A DNA stretch of 64,000 bases from positions 192,001 through 256,000 of the forward strand of contig OY969414.1 in the NCBI GenBank assembly GCA_963699155.1, given 5' to 3'. Both the position numbers and the translations under genes were made by a program. This document shows, one piece after another, positions 20,051 through 28,916 of this stretch. The notes beneath the pieces are model-generated. The model was not told the origin of the DNA, ran no database searches, and saw nothing but the letters and a program-made list of their open reading frames with translations. Positions within the stretch are counted from its first letter, which is position 1. Each line of letters starts with the position of its first letter. The DNA comes from an uncultured Chlamydiales bacterium (GTDB lineage: Bacteria; Chlamydiota; Chlamydiia; Chlamydiales; JAAKFR01).

Positions 20051-20605
20051 ATGGCTGATGTGATCAAAGAGACCGAAAAAAAGATGACAGGCGCCATCGA
20101 CCACCTCAAACATGAGTTGAAGGGGCTTCGAACAGGCCGAGCCAATCCCGCCATAGTGGAAAATGTCATGGTAGATGTTTATGGCACACAGATGCGGCTT
20201 CCTGAGCTGGCCTCCATCTCAGTTCCAGAACCGCGCCAACTGGTGATCTCTCCCTATGATGCAAAAAATGTCCATGCGATTGCCAAAGGCATTGAATCGG
20301 CTAATCTCAACCTCCGCGCCTTTGTCGACGGTCCCATCGTCCGTATCAAAATCCCCGAAATGGATCAGAATGTCCGCCAAGAGATGGTCAAACAGGCAAA
20401 GAAAAAAACTGAAGAGACCAAAGTGGCCATCCGCAATGCCCGTCGCGATGGCAACGAGGCAGTTAAAAAGCAAAAAAGTAGTAGCGAAATCCCCGAAGAT
20501 GTCATGAAAAAGCATGAGAAAAAAATTCAGGAGCTGACTGACAAATACTGCTCCCTCGCCGACAAAACCTGCGAAGAGAAGGAGCGTGAAATCACCACGA
20601 TTTAA
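20051..20605 (+). CDS. frr: Ribosome recycling factor
   Basis: LRTGRANP, VAIRNARRD; ATG at 20051. Confidence 0.96.
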   Translation: MADVIKETEKKMTGAIDHLKHELKGLRTGRANPAIVENVMVDVYGTQMRLPELASISVPEPRQLVISPYDAKNVHAIAKGIESANLNLRAFVDGPIVRIKIPEMDQNVRQEMVKQAKKKTEETKVAIRNARRDGNEAVKKQKSSSEIPEDVMKKHEKKIQELTDKYCSLADKTCEEKEREITTI

Positions 20606-20716
20606 CTCCACTCCCGCACGGCGAACCTCGCAAGAAAGTCGCTACAAATGAGGCGGAACCCGTCAAATGCGGATTGTAATAAAATCGCCAGCCTTGTAAC
20701 ATTTTACGACTTGACC

Positions 20717-20791
20717 GGCCCCATCGTCTAGCCTGGTCTAGGACACCGGATTTTCATTCCGATAACAGGGGTTCGAATCCCCTTGGGGTCA
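20717..20791 (+). tRNA. tRNA-Glu(TTC)
   Basis: GGCCCCA/TGGGGTC acceptor stem, anticodon loop TTTTCAT, GGTTCGAATCC T arm. Confidence 0.93.
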
Positions 20792-20832
20792 TCCATCCAA
20801 CCCGTTGGCATGCAAGTCAACTCGTTGGCTTA

Positions 20833-20906
20833 GAGTCTTTAGCTCAGTTGGTTAGAGCACCTCACTTTTAATGAGGGGGTCGATGGTTCGAGTCCATCAA
20901 GACCCA
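20833..20906 (+). tRNA. tRNA-Lys(TTT)
   Basis: TAGCTCAGTTGGTTAGAGC D arm, CCTCA-CTTTTAA-TGAGG anticodon arm, GGTTCGAGTCC T arm. One A.C mismatch in the acceptor stem. Confidence 0.92.
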
Positions 20907-21023
20907 TACATCTTATTCTATGCTATCTCTTATCTCAGTAGAGTAAGATTCTTGACCGTCATTTGGCTGTGTTGAGATATCTGCTGCTGTTCGCTCTCGA
21001 TCGGCTTTGTCGTCCATGATCCA

Positions 21024-22202
21024 CTAAGCTAACAGGGCTTCGAGCGATGGTGGTTGAAGTTCTCGGCTTTCCCTAATTTTTTGCCACTCTTGCATAAATT
21101 CTGACTGCTTGGCAGGACTCATGCCACCGATTTTAACTTCCAGCTGAGTTAGGTGAGGATTGGTTCTCAAGATATTTAGCAGGGATTCCGCATCTTTGTC
21201 TTCAAAACCAGGGCCTTTTAGATCTGTTAATTCGAGTCCTACCAAGCCAGGAATATGGGCTAAATGGGGTAATAGCGGAGCAATCGTGGAAGCGGAAAAA
21301 AGGCATTCGTCAAATTGTCCTATAGCCACATAGATTCCAATTTGTCTATTTTGATCTAAGGTACCTTGCGTTTTCTCTTTTTTCAATTCCTCAATCGCAA
21401 CATTTCCTGAGTACCGAATCGCCTCACCCAGCCCTTTGGCCAAAGAGTCAGATAGAGGGCTAAAGAAGTTATCATAACCGAAAATATTTTTAGTGATTAC
21501 AACGAGTCGATGGGCGTGAAAGCTAGCTGTGCCAAAATCAATAAATTGATCCTGCCAAGAAATATGCTCTATGAGAATCTTTGAAGCCAAGTAGTGAGGC
21601 AAAATTGTATTTTTCATCTCCTCACTCGGCCACTCCAAGTTTTCTAATACCGCATCAGTAAATCGAGGGAAATAACCACTCTCATTGATGGTGATAGAGA
21701 CAAGAGTTTCAAATTTGTCAGGAGATGAGTGTGCCTCCGCAAAAAGAGGCTGCAATGCCTGAGCTACCGCAGCTACTCCCTCTTTAGCATGAGCATTAAA
21801 ATTGCCGATGACCAGCTCCTTTAATCTAAGCAATATCAGCTTGTTTTTTTCGGTAGAGTCGTCTGCGAAAGGCCCATCCTTCACGGCAATTAAATCGTTA
21901 ACAAGCTCACGCTCCGTCATGAGGTCAATCTGCTTTTTTTCTTCTGGAACTTTGGTCTCTGGCTGAGATTTGAGCGATGAACAAAGGGAAGATAGGACAA
22001 CAAGTAAAAGGGAGCCCCCACTGGCCCCACTAAAAGCCACAATGCCCGCTATGCCCAGCCCAGCGAAATGAGAAGCCACTGCCCCTCCGGCAAAGAGCAA
22101 ACCGATGACGATAAGGGCTGCTTTTGTGAGCGGCTTTTGCAGACAAGGCCTATCTTCAGACTGAGCGACAGAAGAAGGTGTTGAAATTCCACAGCAGGAC
22201 AT
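21024..22202 (-). CDS. Inc-like hypothetical protein (bilobed hydrophobic N-terminus)
   Basis: Ser/Cys-rich N-terminus followed by AALIVIGLLFAGGAVASHFAGLGIAGIVAFSGASGGSLLLVVLSSLC. Confidence 0.6.
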   Translation of the reverse strand: MSCCGISTPSSVAQSEDRPCLQKPLTKAALIVIGLLFAGGAVASHFAGLGIAGIVAFSGASGGSLLLVVLSSLCSSLKSQPETKVPEEKKQIDLMTERELVNDLIAVKDGPFADDSTEKNKLILLRLKELVIGNFNAHAKEGVAAVAQALQPLFAEAHSSPDKFETLVSITINESGYFPRFTDAVLENLEWPSEEMKNTILPHYLASKILIEHISWQDQFIDFGTASFHAHRLVVITKNIFGYDNFFSPLSDSLAKGLGEAIRYSGNVAIEELKKEKTQGTLDQNRQIGIYVAIGQFDECLFSASTIAPLLPHLAHIPGLVGLELTDLKGPGFEDKDAESLLNILRTNPHLTQLEVKIGGMSPAKQSEFMQEWQKIRESRELQPPSLEALLA

Positions 22203-22510
22203 AAAACTCCCAGTTTAACTTTTCTAATCTTGCTTTAATGCTCTCTTCAAAGGGGCAGGATCAAGTTTCTCTCTAGGAAAGGCTTTTCCTTGGTTTTTTG
22301 TAAAAAAAAGCTGATTGATGCGAGGGAGCCGAAGATCTCACAGCTGTATCATATTGCTTGTCATCCAAGTCTACCCCATTGAATTATGAAGGCAAAAATG
22401 TAAAAAAACAGACTTTATAGGTCAAATTTTTTCCACCTCAAAAGCATGTCAAAAAAGTTTTGGCCAATATTTGAGGCGGTCAGTAAGATCACATTTTAAC
22501 TGATTGGATT

Positions 22511-23029
22511 ATGCCGGAACGCCCCTTAGATTGCTCGGAATGCAAAAAGCCTCTCTATGTCTGCTATACGGAAATTGTAGGCGACAAGATGACTCGCACC
22601 GTGATGTGTGCGGAGTGTCCCCATTTGGAGCGCAAACTCTATGGCACGATCCGCAAAGAGGGGATCAGCGAGGTGAGTGGAGAGGCCTCCTTGGCCTGTG
22701 GCAATTGTGGAACCACTCTGGAGGCTTTGAGAACAGGAAATCCGACCGGATGTGCCGTCTGCTATGATGTCTTTGCCGACGCGCTTATCGATCTACTGCT
22801 GCAGGAAAACCGGATTTCACGCCACCTCACCTCCAACAAAAAGAGTCAACCACTCCATATCGGGCGCATTCCAGGAGAAGTGACAGAAATCAGTCCCACC
22901 TTAAAGCTGATCGCCCTCAATGAAGCACTCGATGAAACCTTGGTCCGCGAAGATTACGAACAGGCAGCTTTACTCAGAGATCAGATCCGTGCGCTAAAAG
23001 AAAAAGCGGAAGGCAGAGGGGAAGGATGA
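22511..23029 (+). CDS. mcsA: McsA-type protein (CxxC motifs + UVR domain)
   Basis: Four CxxC motifs; C-terminal EDYEQAALLRDQI UVR motif; precedes mcsB. Confidence 0.88.
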   Translation: MPERPLDCSECKKPLYVCYTEIVGDKMTRTVMCAECPHLERKLYGTIRKEGISEVSGEASLACGNCGTTLEALRTGNPTGCAVCYDVFADALIDLLLQENRISRHLTSNKKSQPLHIGRIPGEVTEISPTLKLIALNEALDETLVREDYEQAALLRDQIRALKEKAEGRGEG

Positions 23030-24099
23030 AGAAAGAAAAAAATCCACCAATTCATCCCATTTTCCATCTGAAAAACCCTTGGGAGAAACATACCCACAAC
23101 GTCTGGCTGGCCTCTAATTTAGCCCTGACACGCAATGTGCAAAAATTTAAGTTTCCTCACAAACTCGATAAAGCGAGAGAAAGCCAAGTTGTCTCTTTGA
23201 TCTTTGAAAGCTTGGCCAAATCGTCCGACTTATCAAAGCCTGAGCTTTACCGCTCCGAGGATATTGGTCCCCTTCAAAAAGAGTTCCTCCTGGAACATTT
23301 TCTGATCGCTGATAGCTTCTATCAAGCCCACGCGGGTGAGGGCTTTGTCATCGATGAGTCGGGTGAATTTCTCGCTGTCCTCAACGTTCACGACCATCTC
23401 CAGCTCAATATCCTCGACACCCAGCAGGAGATCGAGAAGTCTTGGAACAAGCTAGCCAAAATCGAAACCCATCTGAGCAAAACGCTAGACTTTGGTTTCC
23501 AACCCCGTTTTGGATTTCTCTCCTCAAACCCCCGCCAAGCAGGCACGGCCCTCACTATCAGCCTCTATCTCCACATCCCTGCCATCATTCATACGGGAGA
23601 GCTCCCCGAGCTCCTCGAACGCGAGAAAGATGAGGAGGTAGATGCTGTCGGCCTCCAGGGAAAAACGACTGAGATGATCGGGGATATCTTGGTGGCTCAC
23701 AACACCTGCACGTTAGGTCTCACCGAAGAGTATATCCTCACCACAATGCGCATGTGGGCAACACGTGCTGTTGTCGCCGAGATTACGATCCGCAAAAAGT
23801 TGATGGAGCAGAATAATGAAAATCTCAAAAATAAGGTGGCGCGCGCCCTCGGCCTGCTGACCCACTCTTATCAGCTTGAAGCGATCGAGGCGCTCAACGC
23901 CGTCAGCCTAGTCAAATTGGGCATCGAAATCGGCTGGATCCTCGCCCCTCCCCAAATCAACATGACCCAGGTCCTTTTCAATTGCCGCAGAGCCCATCTG
24001 ATCGGCCAACTCGAATCCAAAGTCGAAATCCCCGAACTGCCCCGCAAAAGAGCCGAGTATCTCCACCAGATCGCAGGTCAACTCACCCTTGCAATCTAG
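23026..24099 (+). CDS. mcsB: Protein-arginine kinase (ATP:guanido phosphotransferase family)
   Basis: LTRNVQKFKFP, LLEHFL, VHDHLQL, FGFLSSNP..GTAL, LHIPA. Confidence 0.88.
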   Translation: MKKEKNPPIHPIFHLKNPWEKHTHNVWLASNLALTRNVQKFKFPHKLDKARESQVVSLIFESLAKSSDLSKPELYRSEDIGPLQKEFLLEHFLIADSFYQAHAGEGFVIDESGEFLAVLNVHDHLQLNILDTQQEIEKSWNKLAKIETHLSKTLDFGFQPRFGFLSSNPRQAGTALTISLYLHIPAIIHTGELPELLEREKDEEVDAVGLQGKTTEMIGDILVAHNTCTLGLTEEYILTTMRMWATRAVVAEITIRKKLMEQNNENLKNKVARALGLLTHSYQLEAIEALNAVSLVKLGIEIGWILAPPQINMTQVLFNCRRAHLIGQLESKVEIPELPRKRAEYLHQIAGQLTLAI

Positions 24100-24127
24100 G
24101 CACCCACTCCCTAAACTACTCACCGCC

Positions 24128-24200
24128 GCCTAAATAGCTCAGCTGGTAGAGCAGCGCATTCGTAATGCGAAGGTCGTCGGTTCGACTCCGGCTTTGGGCA
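24128..24200 (+). tRNA. tRNA-Thr(CGT)
   Basis: GCCTAAA/TTTGGGC acceptor stem, TAGCTCAGCTGGTAGAGC D arm, loop TTCGTAA, GGTTCGACTCC T arm. Confidence 0.93.
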
Positions 24201-24408
24201 ATACCCTTATAGGCAGGATAAAATCCTCTACAAGCCATCTTCATTATCCTAGCCTTGGATATGTCGCAGGATTCAAAAACGAAGAATATTCATTTTTTCG
24301 CTGCGTATTTTCCATGAGGATACCAGATGAATTTTCTAAGAAGAATAGCGATTAGACATTAAGAATCAAGGGATTATTGTTTAGAAAATTCGGTATTATC
24401 AGCAAGCT

Positions 24409-24840
24409 TTAGATAAGACGCATAAGGGCATGTTGTTCTGGATTGGCTGCATGAAGAAGCTCGTCAAATTTCTCGAAAGAAACGTTTGTTTTTCCTTTCT
24501 CATATTGAGCATATGCATTCGGGGATCTGCTACCTAAACGTTCGGCTGCTTGGCGAATAGTCGTTTGGCTTTTTTCTCTCTGACGTTTTAACAATAAGGA
24601 CAAGAGGACATTCTTTTGAGATGAAGCGATTCCAATCACTCCTTTTTTGTAATCATTTACACATACATCAAAATTTCTCTTTGTTATGCCTGGTAAATAG
24701 CTACAAGCCATCTCAAAAACTAGGTCTTCTATCATCATTAGAGCTTCTTCTTTTGTTTTTCCTTGAGTCATGGCATCCAAAGAAGGGACTTCTACTAGCC
24801 AAAGATTCTTGCTTTTCCAAATTTTACCTTCTAATTCCAT
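24409..24840 (-). CDS. hicB: HicB-family antitoxin with C-terminal Xre HTH
   Basis: WLVEVPSLDAMTQGKTKEEALMMIED HicB motif; TIRQAAERLG...YAQYEKG HTH. Confidence 0.85.
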   Translation of the reverse strand: MELEGKIWKSKNLWLVEVPSLDAMTQGKTKEEALMMIEDLVFEMACSYLPGITKRNFDVCVNDYKKGVIGIASSQKNVLLSLLLKRQREKSQTTIRQAAERLGSRSPNAYAQYEKGKTNVSFEKFDELLHAANPEQHALMRLI

Positions 24841-24842
24841 AA

Positions 24843-25040
24843 CTACTCACCTTCCTCATCTTCAGGAGGATTATTTTTTGCCTTCTTGATGATTTTTTTT
24901 GCGAGAGACTCTCCTATTTCTTGGTGGCGGGGAACAAACTCACAGATCTTCCCATTTGTCCACACATCGTGATTTCCACCATGCCTATCAAACCACCAGT
25001 CAAGTTCCGATAACTTCTTCTCGAGGTCTCGCCTTTTTAT
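24843..25040 (-). CDS. hicA: HicA-family mRNase toxin, not in ORF track; starts with ATA
   Basis: Hand translation: (I/M)KRRDLEKKLSELDWWFDRHGGNHDVWTNGKICEFVPRHQEIGESLAKKIIKKAKNNPPEDEEGE*. GxH and VPRH motifs; directly upstream of hicB. Confidence 0.85.
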   Translation of the reverse strand: MKRRDLEKKLSELDWWFDRHGGNHDVWTNGKICEFVPRHQEIGESLAKKIIKKAKNNPPEDEEGE

Positions 25041-25057
25041 ATTCTCGGTTATCTTCT

Positions 25058-25086
25058 ATTGTACATAAATTAATGTACAAAATCAA
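25058..25086 (-). promoter_or_regulatory. Sigma66/sigma70-type promoter of hicAB overlapped by a palindromic operator
   Basis: Minus strand TTGATT-N17-TACAAT. Inverted repeat TTGTACAT-N6-ATGTACAA (25059-25080) covers the spacer and -10. Confidence 0.7.
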
Positions 25087-25281
25087 GGACTATTTGGTCT
25101 ACTTTAAAAGTTTTGGTATCAACTGCGAGAGAATATTAAGATTTTTTAAATATTTTTCTACAGGCCTACTTTGGTGGCCCATGGAATAAGGCGCTTTGAA
25201 GGTCTTTGGCGAGCTTTTCAATAACGTTTGAACCCCACCCACTTTCTTCTTGCTTCTCTGCAATTTCACGTCCGGGCAATA

Positions 25282-27318
25282 TTATTTTTTTTCTTTCTTG
25301 TCTGTGAAGCTTTTGTCGTTGATTTCGACAGAAAAGCCTAGCTCAAAGAGGGGCTTTACGATAAGGACTTTCATTTGTTCTCTCAGATAGGATTCCTTCT
25401 TAACTGCCTTCCCACTTGTGGGAATGATGTTTTCAATGATCATGCGAAGGTGGGTATCCCAACGGGGGAGCGCGCTCATTGAGGAGAGAAGTTGATGGCG
25501 AATGTAGAGCGTAAAGTTAAATAATTGCTTATAGGAATAAGTAAGTTCGGAGACGCACTCCACCTTTAGATTGCCATCTGCATTCAAGGTATACTCGAAA
25601 AGAAAGTCATCTAACTTATCCTCTTTTTTCTCTACCTCTTTTGACTTTTCTTCTAATGGTTCTACGCGAACAAATTTATGTGAGTTGAAAAAGCCTTTGA
25701 TCTCGTTTAGAGGGTCCATATAGAGATCCTGTGAAAAGGCGCGGAGCAGATAAACTAAATTGTCACATGCCGCTTGATTCGCCTCGTTTTTTTCAAGACT
25801 CTCAATCTCCAGCTTCTTCAACCGATTAAGGAGCGTTTCCACTGCCAAGGGGCCAGAATCATCGGCAATCTCGCCTGAATTGCCGAGGATCATTTTCCAG
25901 GACGCTATGACAGCCTGTTGAAAAGGCTCCCGATTTTCTATGGGAAAACGGTCGAGAATCTTGGTCAGAATCCATGTAAAATCGGTCGTTTCAATTTCGA
26001 ATTTAGTCTTTGAATCACTTTCGCGTGAAGTAGGAATGTCGGGTCTACTCTCATCATTACTTTTGATATGAAAAGATTGCCGCAAGAGATTGTGTGCAAG
26101 TGTATTTAAGTTGATGAATGTGGAGGATGTCAAGGCTAGAGGATCATGTACTCCCCGAAGAGGACGAGCTAGAAGGTCTGCAGCCGATTTTTGCATCGCC
26201 AACCGCATCAGAGGGAGACCAGCAAGCTCACACACCTCCTCTACCAAGGATGAGTTATATTTTTCGACATACTCTTTGAGTGCATGTTTTTGTTTATCTT
26301 TCTGTTTTTTCTCTGAGCAAAACCAAATTTTTTCAAGGCAAACTAATATATCCTGAGGCAATTTTGCAATCGACGAACTATACGCCTCTTCTCTCGCAGC
26401 CAATTGAGCTTTATGATCCTCAGAGAGGTTTCCGCTCTTATATCGCATAGTGGGAATATGGGTAATGCTAGGAGGGCGCGAAGAGCTGGCACTCAAAGAA
26501 GGACGTCTTAAAGGAGCAGTGGACTGAGATTGGGAAGCAGCAGAAGTGATTCTTGAGGATTGAACAATCAATGAATTAGATCGTTTTCGGGTATGGCCAA
26601 CATTAGTGGTTGGAGCAGCTGGCTCGGGTTGAGTGGCCAAATCAAGTTGTGGAAGAGGATTTGGAAGGCTTTTGCGTTCTTCGCCCCTTCTCGGAGAGGT
26701 CCCCCGTGAAGAGCTAGGAGCCCCAGGCCCAGATTGTTCAGGCAGCGAAGGCGCGGGCTGTTCCAGTTGTGGAGATGTGAGTTGTGTAGGCTGTGGTGGT
26801 GGTGGTTCCTCAAATTGTGGAGGGGCGGGCTGTTCCAGTTGAGGCGATGCGGATTGTTCCAGATGTGGAAGCTGTTTGGCTAACTCCTCTTTTCTTTCAG
26901 CAACACTACTTGATTGACGAGGGAGTGCGACGTTGCCATGAAAAGTAGAGTATCCACCTTTTAAATTTTCAAGCGCTCCGATGAGTTTAATGCACTGTTC
27001 AAACAGCCTCTCGCCGCTTTTCTTTCTTTCAACCATTTTTTCAATTGCGCAATTTGCAACGAAAAGTTTCTTAAGTTCTTTTGAATCACTGATTCCCTCC
27101 GTCGACAAGGGTTGTTTGGCTGAGCGAATCATCTCTATCAGAGCTGTCAGAAACTCCTGCTTGCGCCCGATTTTTTCTTCAAGTTGCTCCCTCTTGATTT
27201 CTACAGCTTCTAATGTGAATCCTGACGCATGCGCTCTCACTTTGAGAAATCTCTTTTCCTCAGTAAGCTCAACACCGAAATAATCTTTGATTATTGCAGA
27301 AATATTTAAAATACTCAT
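25282..27318 (-). CDS. Hypothetical protein with Pro/Gln/Ser-rich low-complexity linker, candidate secreted effector
   Basis: 678-aa ORF; imperfect 8-aa repeats (PQLEQPAP/PQFEEPPP); no Sec signal. Confidence 0.6.
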   Translation of the reverse strand: MSILNISAIIKDYFGVELTEEKRFLKVRAHASGFTLEAVEIKREQLEEKIGRKQEFLTALIEMIRSAKQPLSTEGISDSKELKKLFVANCAIEKMVERKKSGERLFEQCIKLIGALENLKGGYSTFHGNVALPRQSSSVAERKEELAKQLPHLEQSASPQLEQPAPPQFEEPPPPQPTQLTSPQLEQPAPSLPEQSGPGAPSSSRGTSPRRGEERKSLPNPLPQLDLATQPEPAAPTTNVGHTRKRSNSLIVQSSRITSAASQSQSTAPLRRPSLSASSSRPPSITHIPTMRYKSGNLSEDHKAQLAAREEAYSSSIAKLPQDILVCLEKIWFCSEKKQKDKQKHALKEYVEKYNSSLVEEVCELAGLPLMRLAMQKSAADLLARPLRGVHDPLALTSSTFINLNTLAHNLLRQSFHIKSNDESRPDIPTSRESDSKTKFEIETTDFTWILTKILDRFPIENREPFQQAVIASWKMILGNSGEIADDSGPLAVETLLNRLKKLEIESLEKNEANQAACDNLVYLLRAFSQDLYMDPLNEIKGFFNSHKFVRVEPLEEKSKEVEKKEDKLDDFLFEYTLNADGNLKVECVSELTYSYKQLFNFTLYIRHQLLSSMSALPRWDTHLRMIIENIIPTSGKAVKKESYLREQMKVLIVKPLFELGFSVEINDKSFTDKKEKK

Positions 27319-27418
27319 AGAGCACCATTTAGTTTTTAAGAAGTCTAATATTAATCCCTAAAAAATTCCCCAAAAAAAAGGATTTGTCTTAAGCTGTTTC
27401 AAAAATAAGGAGCTACCC

Positions 27419-27925
27419 GTGAGATTTCTACCATTTCTCTTATCGACCTTCATCATTCTCAGCCAACCATTGGCAGCTATGTCCATTGGGAAAAAGGGTG
27501 AGCCCTATCTCGAAAATAACATTCAATGGCAGCAGGTGGAGTATGTGAATAGCGACGCTGGATTCTTAGCAGCTCTCCCAGGAACTCCCTCCTCTGGCCT
27601 TTCCAACGGCTATGTCTTTTCGGGAAGTCACTATGAGAAGGACTATTACGAGATCAACGCCAGCCTCAGTCAGAGATACACTCCTCCAGCGACGGAGCGA
27701 GAGTTTATCCGACAGGTAGAAGAGGCCTTCAAAGATGAGGCCACAGTAACTCCCGTCTCTCTGAAACAGGGTCAGGTCAGATACTGTGCCGATATCCACT
27801 ATACGAAAGAGAGTAAAAAGGTGCGCCTTTTCTGCAGCCGAAACTGCCTCTACTGGGCAATTATAGAGGGCGATAACCTCACTCTTGCTCCCTCATTCTT
27901 TAATTCCGTCCAGATTACAAAGTAA
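27419..27925 (+). CDS. Exported hypothetical protein
   Basis: Signal peptide MRFLPFLLSTFIILSQPLAA; AAGGAG RBS before the GTG start. Confidence 0.7.
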   Translation: MRFLPFLLSTFIILSQPLAAMSIGKKGEPYLENNIQWQQVEYVNSDAGFLAALPGTPSSGLSNGYVFSGSHYEKDYYEINASLSQRYTPPATEREFIRQVEEAFKDEATVTPVSLKQGQVRYCADIHYTKESKKVRLFCSRNCLYWAIIEGDNLTLAPSFFNSVQITK

Positions 27926-27928
27926 AAT

Positions 27929-28837
27929 ATGCACAGCTTCTTTTTAGCTCTATGTTTGACTTTCCAACTGGCTTTAGGCGCCAGCTGCACAAGCAGCTTG
28001 GTCGATCCCTCAGGTGCGCCCTCCTGCGCCCTCCTGGAGGCACTGAAGAGTTTTGGCATTAGCCATGATGGAAGCTGGAACACTATTCAAGAGGCTACAG
28101 AGAAGGCATGGCTTTCGCATGGGAGAAATGTCGATCTCCAGGAGATTTCGGCTATACCTGATATCGACTTGAGAAAAACCTACACGCTCTTTACCGAGCT
28201 CGACATGACTCAAACGATTCCGCCCGAGAGCTCCTGTTTTACCTATGCGGCTGTGCATGGCTCCTGGGCCCAGATTGTCAGAGAGCGCCTCTGGTTTCTT
28301 AAGGAGTTATGGGATCAGGGCGTGCGTTTTTCGATCTTGGTTTTTTGGACTGGGGATCGCATTTTAGATCCTCATGTAGAATCGGAAAAAGCCCTTCTGG
28401 ATCCCTCTTGCAGCCCCTATCCCTTCCGTAAAGAGTGGAAATGGTCTGGTGCTCTTCCACAAAATGAAACACAAATGATGCAGCTTGTCTTTGATCAACT
28501 CGATCTTCCTGAGGCATGGCGCTCTCTGCCACTGATGATTGCAGATGCCCCCCAGCCCGCCGGTCTCAACCGACCCCATACAGAACATACGATTACAGCC
28601 TGGTTGGCCCTAAAGCCCCTTACCGGCTCGATTCTGGCCATCAGCAATCAGCCCTTTATCTGCCGCCAAGATGCGGTTGTCCGTCCTCTGCTGCCTCCTC
28701 CCTTTTCGATGGAAAGCGCCGGGCCTGGATTTCCACTCCAGAAACTAGAAAAGGAAAAGCGGGGAACAGCGATTTTGCTCGCCGAGCTGGCTTATCGCAT
28801 CAAACTCTACTGCCAGTCGCTCTCTTCTGTTAAATGA
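27929..28837 (+). CDS. Exported hypothetical protein, possibly YdcF/DUF218-like
   Basis: Signal peptide; AAVHGS..RERL, VFWTGDR, NETQMM, RPHTEHT and AISNQPF pattern. Confidence 0.5.
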   Translation: MHSFFLALCLTFQLALGASCTSSLVDPSGAPSCALLEALKSFGISHDGSWNTIQEATEKAWLSHGRNVDLQEISAIPDIDLRKTYTLFTELDMTQTIPPESSCFTYAAVHGSWAQIVRERLWFLKELWDQGVRFSILVFWTGDRILDPHVESEKALLDPSCSPYPFRKEWKWSGALPQNETQMMQLVFDQLDLPEAWRSLPLMIADAPQPAGLNRPHTEHTITAWLALKPLTGSILAISNQPFICRQDAVVRPLLPPPFSMESAGPGFPLQKLEKEKRGTAILLAELAYRIKLYCQSLSSVK

Positions 28838-28916
28838 AGACAAAAAAATAGATCCAGTACAATGGCAATCATGAAATTGCTCTGAAGAGTATTGCTGCTC
28901 TCCCTGCTCGCACTTT

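Noticed and set aside
2537..20611. Many 60-210 aa alternative-frame and antisense ORFs over suf, pbp2, tsf, pyrH and frr
   Set aside because: They overlap well-conserved genes and show no recognisable motifs.
22410..22430. CtsR box upstream of mcsA-mcsB
   Set aside because: Only one AGGTCAAA half-site, no tandem heptad, and no ctsR in the operon.
24899..25189. 96-aa plus-strand ORF
   Set aside because: It is antisense to the hicA frame and its promoter.
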